Virus record (IMG/VR): IMGVR_UViG_3300033489_000136
Coordinates: 1-42,188 of that record
Source: a virus
DNA length: 42,188 nt
Strand: one strand, 5' to 3'
The position numbers were made by a program, and so were the translations under genes. The notes beneath the pieces were generated by a model. It ran no database searches and was not told the DNA's origin. It saw only the letters and a program-made list of their open reading frames with translations. Shown here piece after piece: positions 27,024-34,079 of this stretch (position 1 is its first letter; every line of letters begins with the position of its first letter).

Positions 27024-27203
27024 TAGCGGAGTATCAGCAGTTTCAGCTAACTCCCCAAGTGTCATGTTCATCATGTATACGGAAGGCTTAGCAGTGGACG
27101 CAAGAACCTTATCAAGCTGACTTAGCATCCTACGACACTCCTTATGACTTCGGTTGCAGTTCCGCAGATGTCTCTCTGCATCCTTCTGATATTCACTTTT
27201 CAT
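27012..27203 (-). CDS. Small hypothetical protein
   Basis: ATG 27203 preceded by GGAGG. The track start at 27215 is a GTG inside that RBS. Confidence 0.5.
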   Translation of the reverse strand: MKSEYQKDAERHLRNCNRSHKECRRMLSQLDKVLASTAKPSVYMMNMTLGELAETADTPLLTT

Positions 27204-27254
27204 TTTTGCCTCCACTTACTTGGTATATTTTGAAATCCGATATATTGTTAATAA

Positions 27255-27758
27255 TTACATTATTTCATTTATATCTTGTGTATCATTGTACTGTATTATC
27301 TTTCTCTCTTTAGCATTGTCTAGGGTTATGAATCTAGCAATATAAGGAAGGTCCTTAGTGCCTTCATAAGCCCATGTGAGGTCACTGTAGAATATGATTA
27401 TCTTGCAGGTAGGAGTCATATACTTATTCCATCTAGAATAGTAATGCTTAGATATTTTATACTCTCCAGCAGTGAGAGTACATCCTAGAACATCTGCAAT
27501 ATATTCGCAGTTAGATGGCGTTGAGATAAGAAGGTCAAAGGGTAAGTAGTCAGCATATCCATTTACATCTTCTACTTTATTGCCGTTGCATCTAAGAATA
27601 GCAGACACTTTAGCTTCTATCATCTTATGGGATAGTAGGCGTTTAATGAAGTCTACGGTATCATCATAATTAGGCTCAATGCCTGGATACTTGTCTGCAT
27701 ACTTCTCATTATCAAGTCTACTTCGTATGCGCTCCATTCTGCTTTCAGTGCTTTCCAT
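27255..27758 (-). CDS. Hypothetical protein in an AT-rich island; weak PD-(D/E)XK-like pattern
   Basis: 167 aa, RBS CAGGAG. LPFDLLIS ... GEYKISK could be a D...ExK motif. The gene is visibly more AT-rich than its neighbours. Confidence 0.5.
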   Translation of the reverse strand: MESTESRMERIRSRLDNEKYADKYPGIEPNYDDTVDFIKRLLSHKMIEAKVSAILRCNGNKVEDVNGYADYLPFDLLISTPSNCEYIADVLGCTLTAGEYKISKHYYSRWNKYMTPTCKIIIFYSDLTWAYEGTKDLPYIARFITLDNAKERKIIQYNDTQDINEIM

Positions 27759-27828
27759 ATCTGCTCCTGTGAGTGAATAATAATAATAATGTATTGATTA
27801 TCAATATAGGCGATTTCATTTTATACAT

Positions 27829-28800
27829 TTACTCCAAGTGATTCAGCAATTCAGAACCTCGAAGTTCAACTTCATCTTCAGGAATAGTAGGCACACGGCG
27901 AGTCAGGATTTGTGGATGAAGAGTAGACCTGTCCCATCGGAGCTTGATATAGTCAGGAAGGATGGTCTCTGCATTACGAGGGTGCTTAGTGAACTCCATG
28001 TCAACGGTAGTTTTAGTTTTGTCCGCAGTATTTAAGTTCATCTGAATGACTGTATCAAACCACCAGGAGAGTTCCTTGACACCAAAGGATTCATCAGAGC
28101 CATGACGGACTTCATTACCATCAGCATCAGTACCAGCCTTACGAGGATGATGGATAACTACCAGAGCCAGTTGACGCTGATAACCAGTATGTCTGTCCTT
28201 TTCATTGTAGTCGTATAGCATAAGGTCAAAGTTCTCAAGTAAGATATTTACATCATTAGCTTTAGTAAGGTCATGGTGAAACATCTTGTATAGTGGGTCA
28301 ATAATGATTAGGACAGGAAGGGAAGGGTAGTTAGTTATCATACTATCTATGTTGTTGCGAAGAGAGGATATGCCCGCCTGCTCATCAAGGTGGAGGATGT
28401 CTATGTAGCGTAAGACAACATTAGGAGGATAGGCTAGAGAGTCGGCTCTTTGAGCTTCTGCTGGCGCATCACCAGGCTTAGCAAGGTAGATTGCTTTCGT
28501 TCCTTCACAATACTTTTCAACTCTGTTCTTAGCAGCAACCCTACCACCTTCAGCTAGGAGATAGATAACATTACAGGGAGAGGTCTTGAAGCCTAGCCAC
28601 CTGCGACCAGTAGATGCTGCGTAGGCAAGATGGAGGGCAGAGGCTGACTTCCAACTTCCTTCGTTGCCAAAGATTTCAACCTTCCCGCCTACGTTTAGAA
28701 TACCATCCCAGATGATACGCTGAGTAGGAGGAGGCTTCCATTCTGCCCAGTCTTGAACTGTAAAAAGGTCCTTGTCTTCACGGTGGATGTCAGATGGCAA
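27829..28800 (-). CDS. RepA/AAA_25-type RecA-superfamily ATPase (putative replicative helicase)
   Basis: Walker A is FGNEGSWKSASAL and Walker B-like is LPVLIIIDPLYK. Overall it resembles RepA/DnaB C-terminal domain proteins. TTG start follows AAGGAG. Confidence 0.6.
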   Translation of the reverse strand: MPSDIHREDKDLFTVQDWAEWKPPPTQRIIWDGILNVGGKVEIFGNEGSWKSASALHLAYAASTGRRWLGFKTSPCNVIYLLAEGGRVAAKNRVEKYCEGTKAIYLAKPGDAPAEAQRADSLAYPPNVVLRYIDILHLDEQAGISSLRNNIDSMITNYPSLPVLIIIDPLYKMFHHDLTKANDVNILLENFDLMLYDYNEKDRHTGYQRQLALVVIHHPRKAGTDADGNEVRHGSDESFGVKELSWWFDTVIQMNLNTADKTKTTVDMEFTKHPRNAETILPDYIKLRWDRSTLHPQILTRRVPTIPEDEVELRGSELLNHLE

Positions 28801-28811
28801 AGGAGGCTCCT

Positions 28812-29186
28812 TTATTGCACGAATCTTTTGATTGTCTTCATCAGTTTGACTTCGCTACTACCTTCGGTTGGAGCAGTATGTTCACACAAGTACCGAAGTG
28901 CTGCATAAAGGACAGACATTTCCTCCTTAGTAAAGTTAATATCTGGCACTTGAGATACGGCATGGATGGCGGAGTGGATAGAGTATAGTTCCTTCTGTGC
29001 TATCTCTCCCATCATTAGTTCAGAATCCATTGGCAGTTCAATTACTGCACATCTGGTGGCTTGTGATAGACCTACAATAAGGTTAGGATTAAGATGGGTA
29101 CTTCTTGGATGCTTGATAACTATAAGGTTAGGTTCTCTGATGAGTGGTTGACCTGCGGGACTGATTAAGTCTTTTGCGCTAGCCAT
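28812..29186 (-). CDS. Hypothetical protein
   Basis: 124 aa, RBS AAAGGAG, first gene after the promoter at 29223-29251. Confidence 0.5.
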   Translation of the reverse strand: MASAKDLISPAGQPLIREPNLIVIKHPRSTHLNPNLIVGLSQATRCAVIELPMDSELMMGEIAQKELYSIHSAIHAVSQVPDINFTKEEMSVLYAALRYLCEHTAPTEGSSEVKLMKTIKRFVQ

Positions 29187-29222
29187 GACTAAGGCTCCTT
29201 TCGTGTTGAGGGTTCTTATTAT

Positions 29223-29251
29223 ATTATAACATAATGCGGTACTGATGTCAA
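29223..29251 (-). promoter_or_regulatory. sigma70-type promoter (minus strand)
   Basis: TTGACA (29251-29246), 17 nt, TGtTATAAT (hexamer 29228-29223). Confidence 0.65.
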
Positions 29252-29547
29252 CCTTCGCAACCTGGCAGGTATGGCTTATTCATAGCATCTTCTTCCTGCT
29301 GTTGCACCCATTCTGCAAACTCTCGTGCTTCATCTTCTGCTTCCGATTCGGCAATCATCTGAGCTTCTTGTGCTGCATCGTGGGCTGCATCTATTCGGGC
29401 AGATTCTCGGTCAGTCCACTCGGCTATCGCATGTTGCCAGACCTCCATCTGAATGTTCTCAGGCAAGTCATAATAGTCTTTATTGTAGCGTTCTTGAGAA
29501 AGTTCCTCTGCTCGGTTTGAAATCCAGTCCTCATAATCTGCTATCAT
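29248..29547 (-). CDS. Highly acidic small protein (DNA-mimic / anti-restriction candidate)
   Basis: 99 aa. By hand count there are 27 Asp+Glu against 7 Lys+Arg. Confidence 0.5.
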   Translation of the reverse strand: MIADYEDWISNRAEELSQERYNKDYYDLPENIQMEVWQHAIAEWTDRESARIDAAHDAAQEAQMIAESEAEDEAREFAEWVQQQEEDAMNKPYLPGCEG

Positions 29548-29559
29548 ACATAGTTCCCC

Positions 29560-29883
29560 CTAGAAGTGTGATTCAGGAAACTCCTCTTGCATATGCTTCT
29601 TGTCCATATAGATGCCAACTCGTTTCCTCCACTTACTAATAGTACTTCTGTCAACCTCATTGTTGAGGAAGCGGACTACATCATCAAGGCTTCCGTCAAA
29701 GAGGATTACATCCAGTTTGATATGGTACTTATACTCCAGCTTCTTCATTCTATCAGTTTTGGGAAAGGAGTCAGGCTGCTCATCTACAGTTTGCAGATGC
29801 TTAGTCCGCTTGGCAGGCTTAACACCCCGATGCTTAAGTACCTGACGGCGAAGTTGTGCTATCGGTGTCCGTTGCTCTGGCAT
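29560..29883 (-). CDS. Small DNA-binding protein (HTH-like C-terminal half)
   Basis: 107 aa, RBS AGGAG. The segment VVRFLNNEVDRSTISKWRKRVGI looks like a helix-turn-helix. Confidence 0.45.
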   Translation of the reverse strand: MPEQRTPIAQLRRQVLKHRGVKPAKRTKHLQTVDEQPDSFPKTDRMKKLEYKYHIKLDVILFDGSLDDVVRFLNNEVDRSTISKWRKRVGIYMDKKHMQEEFPESHF

Positions 29884-30250
29884 AGGAGTCTCCTATTCTA
29901 TCTAGTTCTTCACAACCAGCTAACATCAGAGCCGTTAGTTCTGACTTTGCAATACGGCATATGCGAGTGTGCCTTCGGCTAAGAAGATGAATATCCACAA
30001 GGATACTAGCATCATACCTCTTAGGCTTATGAGGACGGATGAGTAACCGTAGCCTTTGCCATAAGGAGTCACGGAACTCTATCTGGTCAGGCTGATGGCA
30101 AGATGGGCAGGCTATCTCAGGAATCACATCACCTGGTAGGAGAGGGTTAGAGCAATAGCCTACCTCAAGGTCACGGAATCTTCCGTTCCAGTGGCAGTGA
30201 TGGCAACTGACCTGAATGTTGCCTGCTGGTACTTTGTTCTTGTTAGACAT
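29834..30250 (-). CDS. Zinc-ribbon protein
   Basis: 138 aa, RBS AAGGAG. CHHC ... CPSC lie in the N-terminal half. The 3' end overlaps the next gene by 50 nt. Confidence 0.45.
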   Translation of the reverse strand: MSNKNKVPAGNIQVSCHHCHWNGRFRDLEVGYCSNPLLPGDVIPEIACPSCHQPDQIEFRDSLWQRLRLLIRPHKPKRYDASILVDIHLLSRRHTRICRIAKSELTALMLAGCEELDRIGDSYARATDTDSTTSPSGT

Positions 30251-30299
30251 ATGATTCTCCTTTCAGCTACTAGGATAATGTTCAGACTTATTCCGACTT

Positions 30300-30617
30300 T
30301 TATTGTGCGTTCTTTTCTCCTTTATATAGTTGATGTATATACTCTAGCTTTTCAGCATCTGACTGCTCATCAAGGAAGTCCTTATAATCTTCAATTATGC
30401 TCCATGTAGTAGGAGTGCGACAGGTTAAGCACCATAACCAACCTCCTCTAGCCCAGACGCAGGATATTGCACCACAATGAGGACAAGGCTGGTAGTTACG
30501 ATGCCAGTCAAGATGCCCTGACTCAATTCGTGCAGTCATTTCCTCCTCATCTGGCTCATCTTCACATAAACCGAAGATTAGATTGCCTTTTTCAGTATAG
30601 TGTTTGTTAGTAGCCAC
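30300..30617 (-). CDS. Zinc-ribbon protein
   Basis: 105 aa with CPHC ... CLTC. The GTG start overlaps the upstream stop (TAGTG). Confidence 0.45.
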   Translation of the reverse strand: MATNKHYTEKGNLIFGLCEDEPDEEEMTARIESGHLDWHRNYQPCPHCGAISCVWARGGWLWCLTCRTPTTWSIIEDYKDFLDEQSDAEKLEYIHQLYKGEKNAQ

Positions 30618-30901
30618 TAATCTTGCTCCTTATTTATGTTATCCTTCGTGTGATGTGACTTATGGCAGATACGATGGACGAGTACACGGTTCTCCAACTT
30701 CATATTCATGTGGTCTCCATCTATGTGATGCTCGGTAAGGTTATCAGTACCACGAGGAGGCAGAGCATCATCATAGATAAACGGCTCTTTGCACATATAG
30801 CAGTTAGGCTGATACTTTTCTATCATTGCCCAGAGGAAGTACTTCAGCCTTGCTTTCTCATTGGAGAGATTAGTCCTCCGATGAATTACCTTTTTGGTCA
30901 C
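30617..30901 (-). CDS. HNH endonuclease
   Basis: LTEHHIDGDHMNMKLENRVLVHRICHKSHH is a classical H-N-H layout, with an upstream Cys pair (NCYMCKE). GTG start follows GGAGG. Confidence 0.75.
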   Translation of the reverse strand: MTKKVIHRRTNLSNEKARLKYFLWAMIEKYQPNCYMCKEPFIYDDALPPRGTDNLTEHHIDGDHMNMKLENRVLVHRICHKSHHTKDNINKEQD

Positions 30902-30919
30902 TGTTCAGCCTCCATATTC

Positions 30920-30948
30920 ATTATACCATCTACTGTTGCGAATGTCAA
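30920..30948 (-). promoter_or_regulatory. sigma70-type promoter (minus strand)
   Basis: TTGACA (30948-30943), 17 nt, TGgTATAAT (hexamer 30925-30920). The spacer begins TTCGCAACA. Confidence 0.7.
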
Positions 30949-30959
30949 TAGCCAGTAAG

Positions 30960-31175
30960 CTAGGACTGAGACATACTGTCTAGATTAGTACGGAGAGCAA
31001 GTTTATCGTCATGCTTCTGTTGTTGTCTGATAATACTAATGCACTTATCCACTTGAGCAATCTTGTGAGTCAGACGCTTGTAAGGATTACTGCCCCGCAG
31101 ACGAATGAGTCGCTGATTTACCAGTTTCTTACGCTCGGCGAGCAGTTCCGCCATTGTCATCTTTGCAAAAGTCAT
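30960..31175 (-). CDS. Small hypothetical protein
   Basis: 71 aa, RBS GGGAGGTGG. Confidence 0.45.
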   Translation of the reverse strand: MTFAKMTMAELLAERKKLVNQRLIRLRGSNPYKRLTHKIAQVDKCISIIRQQQKHDDKLALRTNLDSMSQS

Positions 31176-31228
31176 TTACCACCTCCCGAAATTGAGCCTT
31201 CATAAAATCAGGTTACAGTTGCAATAAG

Positions 31229-31363
31229 CTAGTTAAGGAACAGTTGGGCAACTAATTCCAAAGGACGCTGGTTCTCATAATAGTCCCAGTCGAGTCCTTC
31301 CACTCCGTTCAACACTATATAGCTTGCAAGAATAAGATTCTGCAAGTTATCTATATCTTCCAT
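31229..31363 (-). CDS. Small hypothetical protein (44 aa)
   Basis: ATG 31363 after GAGGAGG. Sequence MEDIDNLQNLILASYIVLNGVEGLDWDYYENQRPLELVAQLFLN. Below the ORF-track size cutoff. Confidence 0.4.
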   Translation of the reverse strand: MEDIDNLQNLILASYIVLNGVEGLDWDYYENQRPLELVAQLFLN

Positions 31364-31440
31364 TATACCTCCTCAATGTCCCACCATGCAAGGAAGAACA
31401 GTCCTATTACTGCTAGTATTGAGACAATAAACTGTAACAT
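31363..31440 (-). CDS. 25-aa membrane peptide
   Basis: MLQFIVSILAVIGLFFLAWWDIEEV. ATG 31440 after GGAGGAATAGAGT. Its stop overlaps the next ATG (TAATG). Confidence 0.4.
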   Translation of the reverse strand: MLQFIVSILAVIGLFFLAWWDIEEV

Positions 31441-31443
31441 ACT

Positions 31444-31650
31444 CTATTCCTCCATAAATGCTATGATGTCTGCCACCTGGTCATTAGTTATGCTACCATC
31501 TCTGCGTATGATGTCCTGCTCAATGGACATGAACTGCTTGTGGTCTTTGCCATGAAGCAGCCCACCACAACGGCAAGTACAGCGTGGATGTTCTGCTAAC
31601 GTGCAGGAGTCAGACTGATGCAGAGTCAAGGCTCGCTTAAACTGTTTCAT
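31444..31650 (-). CDS. Small Cys-rich protein
   Basis: 68 aa, RBS GGAGGTGAG, first gene after the promoter at 31683-31711. Contains CTLAEHPRCTCRCGGLLH. Confidence 0.5.
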   Translation of the reverse strand: MKQFKRALTLHQSDSCTLAEHPRCTCRCGGLLHGKDHKQFMSIEQDIIRRDGSITNDQVADIIAFMEE

Positions 31651-31682
31651 ATGTTCTCACCTCCATTCATTGTACTGATTAT

Positions 31683-31711
31683 ATTATACCATCTTTTGTT
31701 GCCATTGTCAA
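31683..31711 (-). promoter_or_regulatory. sigma70-type promoter (minus strand), perfect consensus hexamers
   Basis: TTGACA (31711-31706), 17 nt, TGgTATAAT (hexamer 31688-31683). The spacer begins ATGGCAACA. Confidence 0.75.
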
Positions 31712-31732
31712 CCCACCAGTAGCCAGCATTAC

Positions 31733-31864
31733 TTATTCTTTTTCAATCTTGATGTAGATTATTCCATCAGTACAGTGTAGATGCCCACCTTCAAACGCAC
31801 CTACACTTTCAGTAGTGTCGAAGCCTAATCTACGTAGCGCTTCTAATGCTTCTTTAATAGTCAT
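31733..31864 (-). CDS. Small hypothetical protein (43 aa)
   Basis: ATG 31864 after AAGGAG. Sequence MTIKEALEALRRLGFDTTESVGAFEGGHLHCTDGIIYIKIEKE. Confidence 0.4.
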   Translation of the reverse strand: MTIKEALEALRRLGFDTTESVGAFEGGHLHCTDGIIYIKIEKE

Positions 31865-31874
31865 ATACTCCTTT

Positions 31875-31973
31875 CTACATTAGCCATATTACTATTGCTA
31901 TCCATACTGCTAGACCTAAGGCGGTGTAGATAGCTACTAGCGTTAGGATAGCCTTGAGTTGAACTTTATCCAT
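31875..31973 (-). CDS. 32-aa membrane peptide
   Basis: MDKVQLKAILTLVAIYTALGLAVWIAIVIWLM. It lies between two annotated genes, and its RBS is weak. Confidence 0.3.
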   Translation of the reverse strand: MDKVQLKAILTLVAIYTALGLAVWIAIVIWLM

Positions 31974-31990
31974 ACTTATCGCTACTATCC

Positions 31991-32182
31991 TCACACTTCT
32001 TTTAGCCAGCCTGCCTTGACAGCATCCGCCACTTCACATGCTCTTGAGTTTGGCATATCTTCCTGATACTCACCGCACAAAGGACAATGCTTAACTGACT
32101 TCGGGTGAATATAATACTGCTCGCACTCGCAGTCCCAATATTCAGAGGCTAGTGTTAAGTCCCCGACTACTTCAAGTTTCAT
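31991..32182 (-). CDS. Small zinc-binding protein
   Basis: 63 aa with CEC ... CPLC. Confidence 0.45.
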   Translation of the reverse strand: MKLEVVGDLTLASEYWDCECEQYYIHPKSVKHCPLCGEYQEDMPNSRACEVADAVKAGWLKEV

Positions 32183-32215
32183 GTTTCACCTACCTTTTAT
32201 ATTATTTTAGCTTAG

Positions 32216-32389
32216 CTACTTTACCATCATTAGCATTCTGGCTAGACGCTTGTGTCCTGCCTTAAGATACCAGCGTCTCCACCAGTCAGCTAACTGCGCC
32301 ACAGTGCCCTCTCCACCGAGGATGATAAGTTCCTTACTTGCATCCTCCGCATAGGAGTCCATCTGTTCTGGAGTTAGTTGTTCTGCCAT
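32216..32389 (-). CDS. Small hypothetical protein
   Basis: ATG 32389 after AAGGAG. The track start at 32422 is a TTG that would overlap the upstream gene. Confidence 0.45.
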   Translation of the reverse strand: MAEQLTPEQMDSYAEDASKELIILGGEGTVAQLADWWRRWYLKAGHKRLARMLMMVK

Positions 32390-32399
32390 ATCATCTCCT

Positions 32400-32573
32400 T
32401 TATAGGTCATATTTTGATTCAAACTCGCAGGTAGGCTCTGCGTTAGCGGGTATCTCTATATCATCGTTATCTACGAATGTTAGAACTCTCCCATTCTCAT
32501 CTTTCAGAGCCGATATTGTGTAGTGCGGATTGTCATCTTGTTTTATCTCATACTCGTACAACTTATAATGCAT
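32400..32573 (-). CDS. Small hypothetical protein (57 aa)
   Basis: ATG 32573 after GGGAGG. The protein begins MHYKLYEYEIKQDDNPHYTISALKDENGRVL... Confidence 0.4.
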   Translation of the reverse strand: MHYKLYEYEIKQDDNPHYTISALKDENGRVLTFVDNDDIEIPANAEPTCEFESKYDL

Positions 32574-32579
32574 GGCATA

Positions 32580-32753
32580 TTACCTCCCTTCCTGCTTATA
32601 TTTATAGTTCACTACCATAAAGTATATCGGGAAGCCAGTCCGCTTCACTCCAACGCACACCCAGCTTAGGAAGAGTTCAATCTCCCTATCGGAGTATGTA
32701 ACGTTGAAGTTACTTCCCCCTATTCTCCACCCGAACTGTGTCTTTCGTAACAT
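32580..32753 (-). CDS. Small hypothetical protein
   Basis: ATG 32753 after GGAGG. The track ATG at 32768 would lie about 3 nt from the predicted transcript start. Confidence 0.45.
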   Translation of the reverse strand: MLRKTQFGWRIGGSNFNVTYSDREIELFLSWVCVGVKRTGFPIYFMVVNYKYKQEGR

Positions 32754-32777
32754 TATGCTTACCTCCATTCCTATTTA

Positions 32778-32807
32778 ATTATACCACACAGTACAGCCAG
32801 TTGTCAA
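32778..32807 (-). promoter_or_regulatory. sigma70-type promoter (minus strand), with a second TTGACA 20 bp upstream
   Basis: TTGACA (32807-32802), 18 nt, TGgTATAAT (hexamer 32783-32778). A second TTGACAAGCGCAACA lies at 32827-32813. Confidence 0.65.
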
Positions 32808-32901
32808 CCACCTGTTGCGCTTGTCAACCCTGCAACCGTCCAAAGCGGTACTGCTACGTGTGGATTGTTGGCTGGTTGAACTGTCCTGAAATGCGCTGAA
32901 C

Positions 32902-32940
32902 AACAGAAAAGCGAGACAGCTTGTTACTGAACTGCCTCGC
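32902..32940 (-). terminator. Rho-independent terminator (minus strand)
   Basis: Minus strand reads GCGAGGCAG, 12-nt loop, CTGTCTCGC (9-bp stem, one mismatch), followed by TTTTCTGTT. It lies 41 nt after the stop of gene 32981..33511. Confidence 0.65.
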
Positions 32941-32980
32941 CTTTACTGCCCCCTGATAACTGCCACCCTGATTGTGAAGT

Positions 32981-33511
32981 TTAGGTTATGTACCCGCCTT
33001 TCTTGAGTAGGGCTTCTCTGATTCCGTACCGCCAGTTTTTGTCCGTGTTGGAGTCGTACGCTTCTTTGAAGCTTTTGCCGTCCTTGAAAGGCTCGTTGCC
33101 CAACTTTTCCATGAGTTCGTCTGTGGTGACGGTAAACTTCTTGCCTCCACCACCTCCGCCTGTTCTGGTTGCTCTTGCCTGTGTCTTGAGCAAGCGGACT
33201 GTTACGAGCTTCTCGCCAAAGTCATTCACATACCAGATACCGTCTGCGTCATCCAGTTCTCCAGCCTCCACCATCTTTTTCAGGGCGTTCTGGATTGCTG
33301 ACTTGACTTTTTCCGTCTTGCCTTCAAGGACTTTCTGCTTGGCGGCGAGTTCGGCGGCTTCCTTTTCTTTCTGGAATTTCACCAGTTCGGCTGACACTTT
33401 GGATACCAGCTTGAAGTCCTTTGACTTCAGAGCTTTATCCATCTCCGCCATGAGTTCAGCTTCGGTCTTGGGTTTCTCGGGTGTAGCTACTGTTCCTTTG
33501 TTTTCTGCCAT
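32981..33511 (-). CDS. Hypothetical Lys/Glu-rich coiled-coil protein with Gly6 linker and C-terminal globular domain (nucleic-acid-binding candidate)
   Basis: 176 aa, RBS GGAGG. It has its own promoter and terminator and is visibly more GC-rich than its neighbours. The antisense ORF 32988..33605 was rejected. Confidence 0.6.
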   Translation of the reverse strand: MAENKGTVATPEKPKTEAELMAEMDKALKSKDFKLVSKVSAELVKFQKEKEAAELAAKQKVLEGKTEKVKSAIQNALKKMVEAGELDDADGIWYVNDFGEKLVTVRLLKTQARATRTGGGGGGKKFTVTTDELMEKLGNEPFKDGKSFKEAYDSNTDKNWRYGIREALLKKGGYIT

Positions 33512-33558
33512 TCGGCACCTCCATTTATTTGCTAGGGTGTCTTATCACCCTGCCTTAC

Positions 33559-33588
33559 ATTTTACCATGACAGGGTGGCAGATGTCAA
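33559..33588 (-). promoter_or_regulatory. sigma70-type promoter (minus strand)
   Basis: TTGACA (33588-33583), 18 nt, TGgTAAAAT (hexamer 33564-33559). It shares TTGACATCTGCCA with the promoter at 36231-36260. Confidence 0.65.
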
Positions 33589-33661
33589 GGGCAGTTGCTG
33601 TTTGAGTTCAGCTTGTCTTGTTGGTGGACTGCTGGCAGGCGCTTAGCGCCTACCACTTCTG

Positions 33662-33880
33662 TTACGTGTAGCTTATGAGCAAGATGTTAACAAATGCTCC
33701 CCACTCACCAGCCTGCTTTTCTAGCATTTGCTTTAGCTCATAAGTGGCATCTTCATCTGGCTCAAGCTCCACCCGCCACTTTTCTCCATGAGGCATATCA
33801 ATGATGATATACCTCTTGTCTGCTGGGGCGATTGCCTCGCTGTGCCCGAAGTCGGTTCTCCGTTCGCTAAAATTTTTCAT
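33662..33880 (-). CDS. Small hypothetical protein
   Basis: 72 aa, RBS GGGAGG. It is preceded by an untranslated leader of about 165 nt from the promoter at 34050-34078. Confidence 0.5.
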   Translation of the reverse strand: MKNFSERRTDFGHSEAIAPADKRYIIIDMPHGEKWRVELEPDEDATYELKQMLEKQAGEWGAFVNILLISYT

Positions 33881-34049
33881 ATTAGCACCTCCCAGCAGTC
33901 CACCGTGCCTATTCAGTTGTCAATCGGACAGGTTCTGCCATACGATACATTCTCCTCAATGCTCAACCGTATATGCCAGTCCTACCATGCGGGGAGAACA
34001 CCCGCTATCGGTATGTCATGCTGTAACCTCCATAATTGATTCTACCTCC

Positions 34050-34078
34050 ATCATACCAGAACGTGTTGCCATTGTCAA
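34050..34078 (-). promoter_or_regulatory. sigma70-type promoter (minus strand)
   Basis: TTGACA (34078-34073), 17 nt, TGgTATGAT (hexamer 34055-34050). The -35 plus spacer start, TTGACAATGGCAACA, is identical to the promoter at 31683-31711. Confidence 0.65.
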
Positions 34079-34079
34079 T

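Noticed and set aside
31733-31864. HicA-like toxin resemblance of the 43-aa ORF (KEALEALRRLGF...).
   Set aside because: Only the first helix resembles HicA. The protein is too short and lacks the conserved His-containing C-terminal strand pattern, and there is no obvious antitoxin partner.
32813-32827. Second TTGACA upstream of the 32778-32807 promoter as an independent promoter.
   Set aside because: The sequence 17-18 nt downstream (ACAACT) is a poor -10. It is kept only as a copy of the TTGACA-N3-GCAACA motif.
32988-33605. 205-aa plus-strand ORF opposite gene 32981..33511.
   Set aside because: It has no RBS and a Ser/Leu/Pro-rich low-complexity product. The minus-strand gene has GGAGG, a promoter and a terminator in the right places.
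33918-33923. Extra TTGACA on the minus strand, in the leader of gene 33662..33880.
   Set aside because: No acceptable -10 hexamer lies 16-19 nt downstream (GACTGC/ACTGCT).
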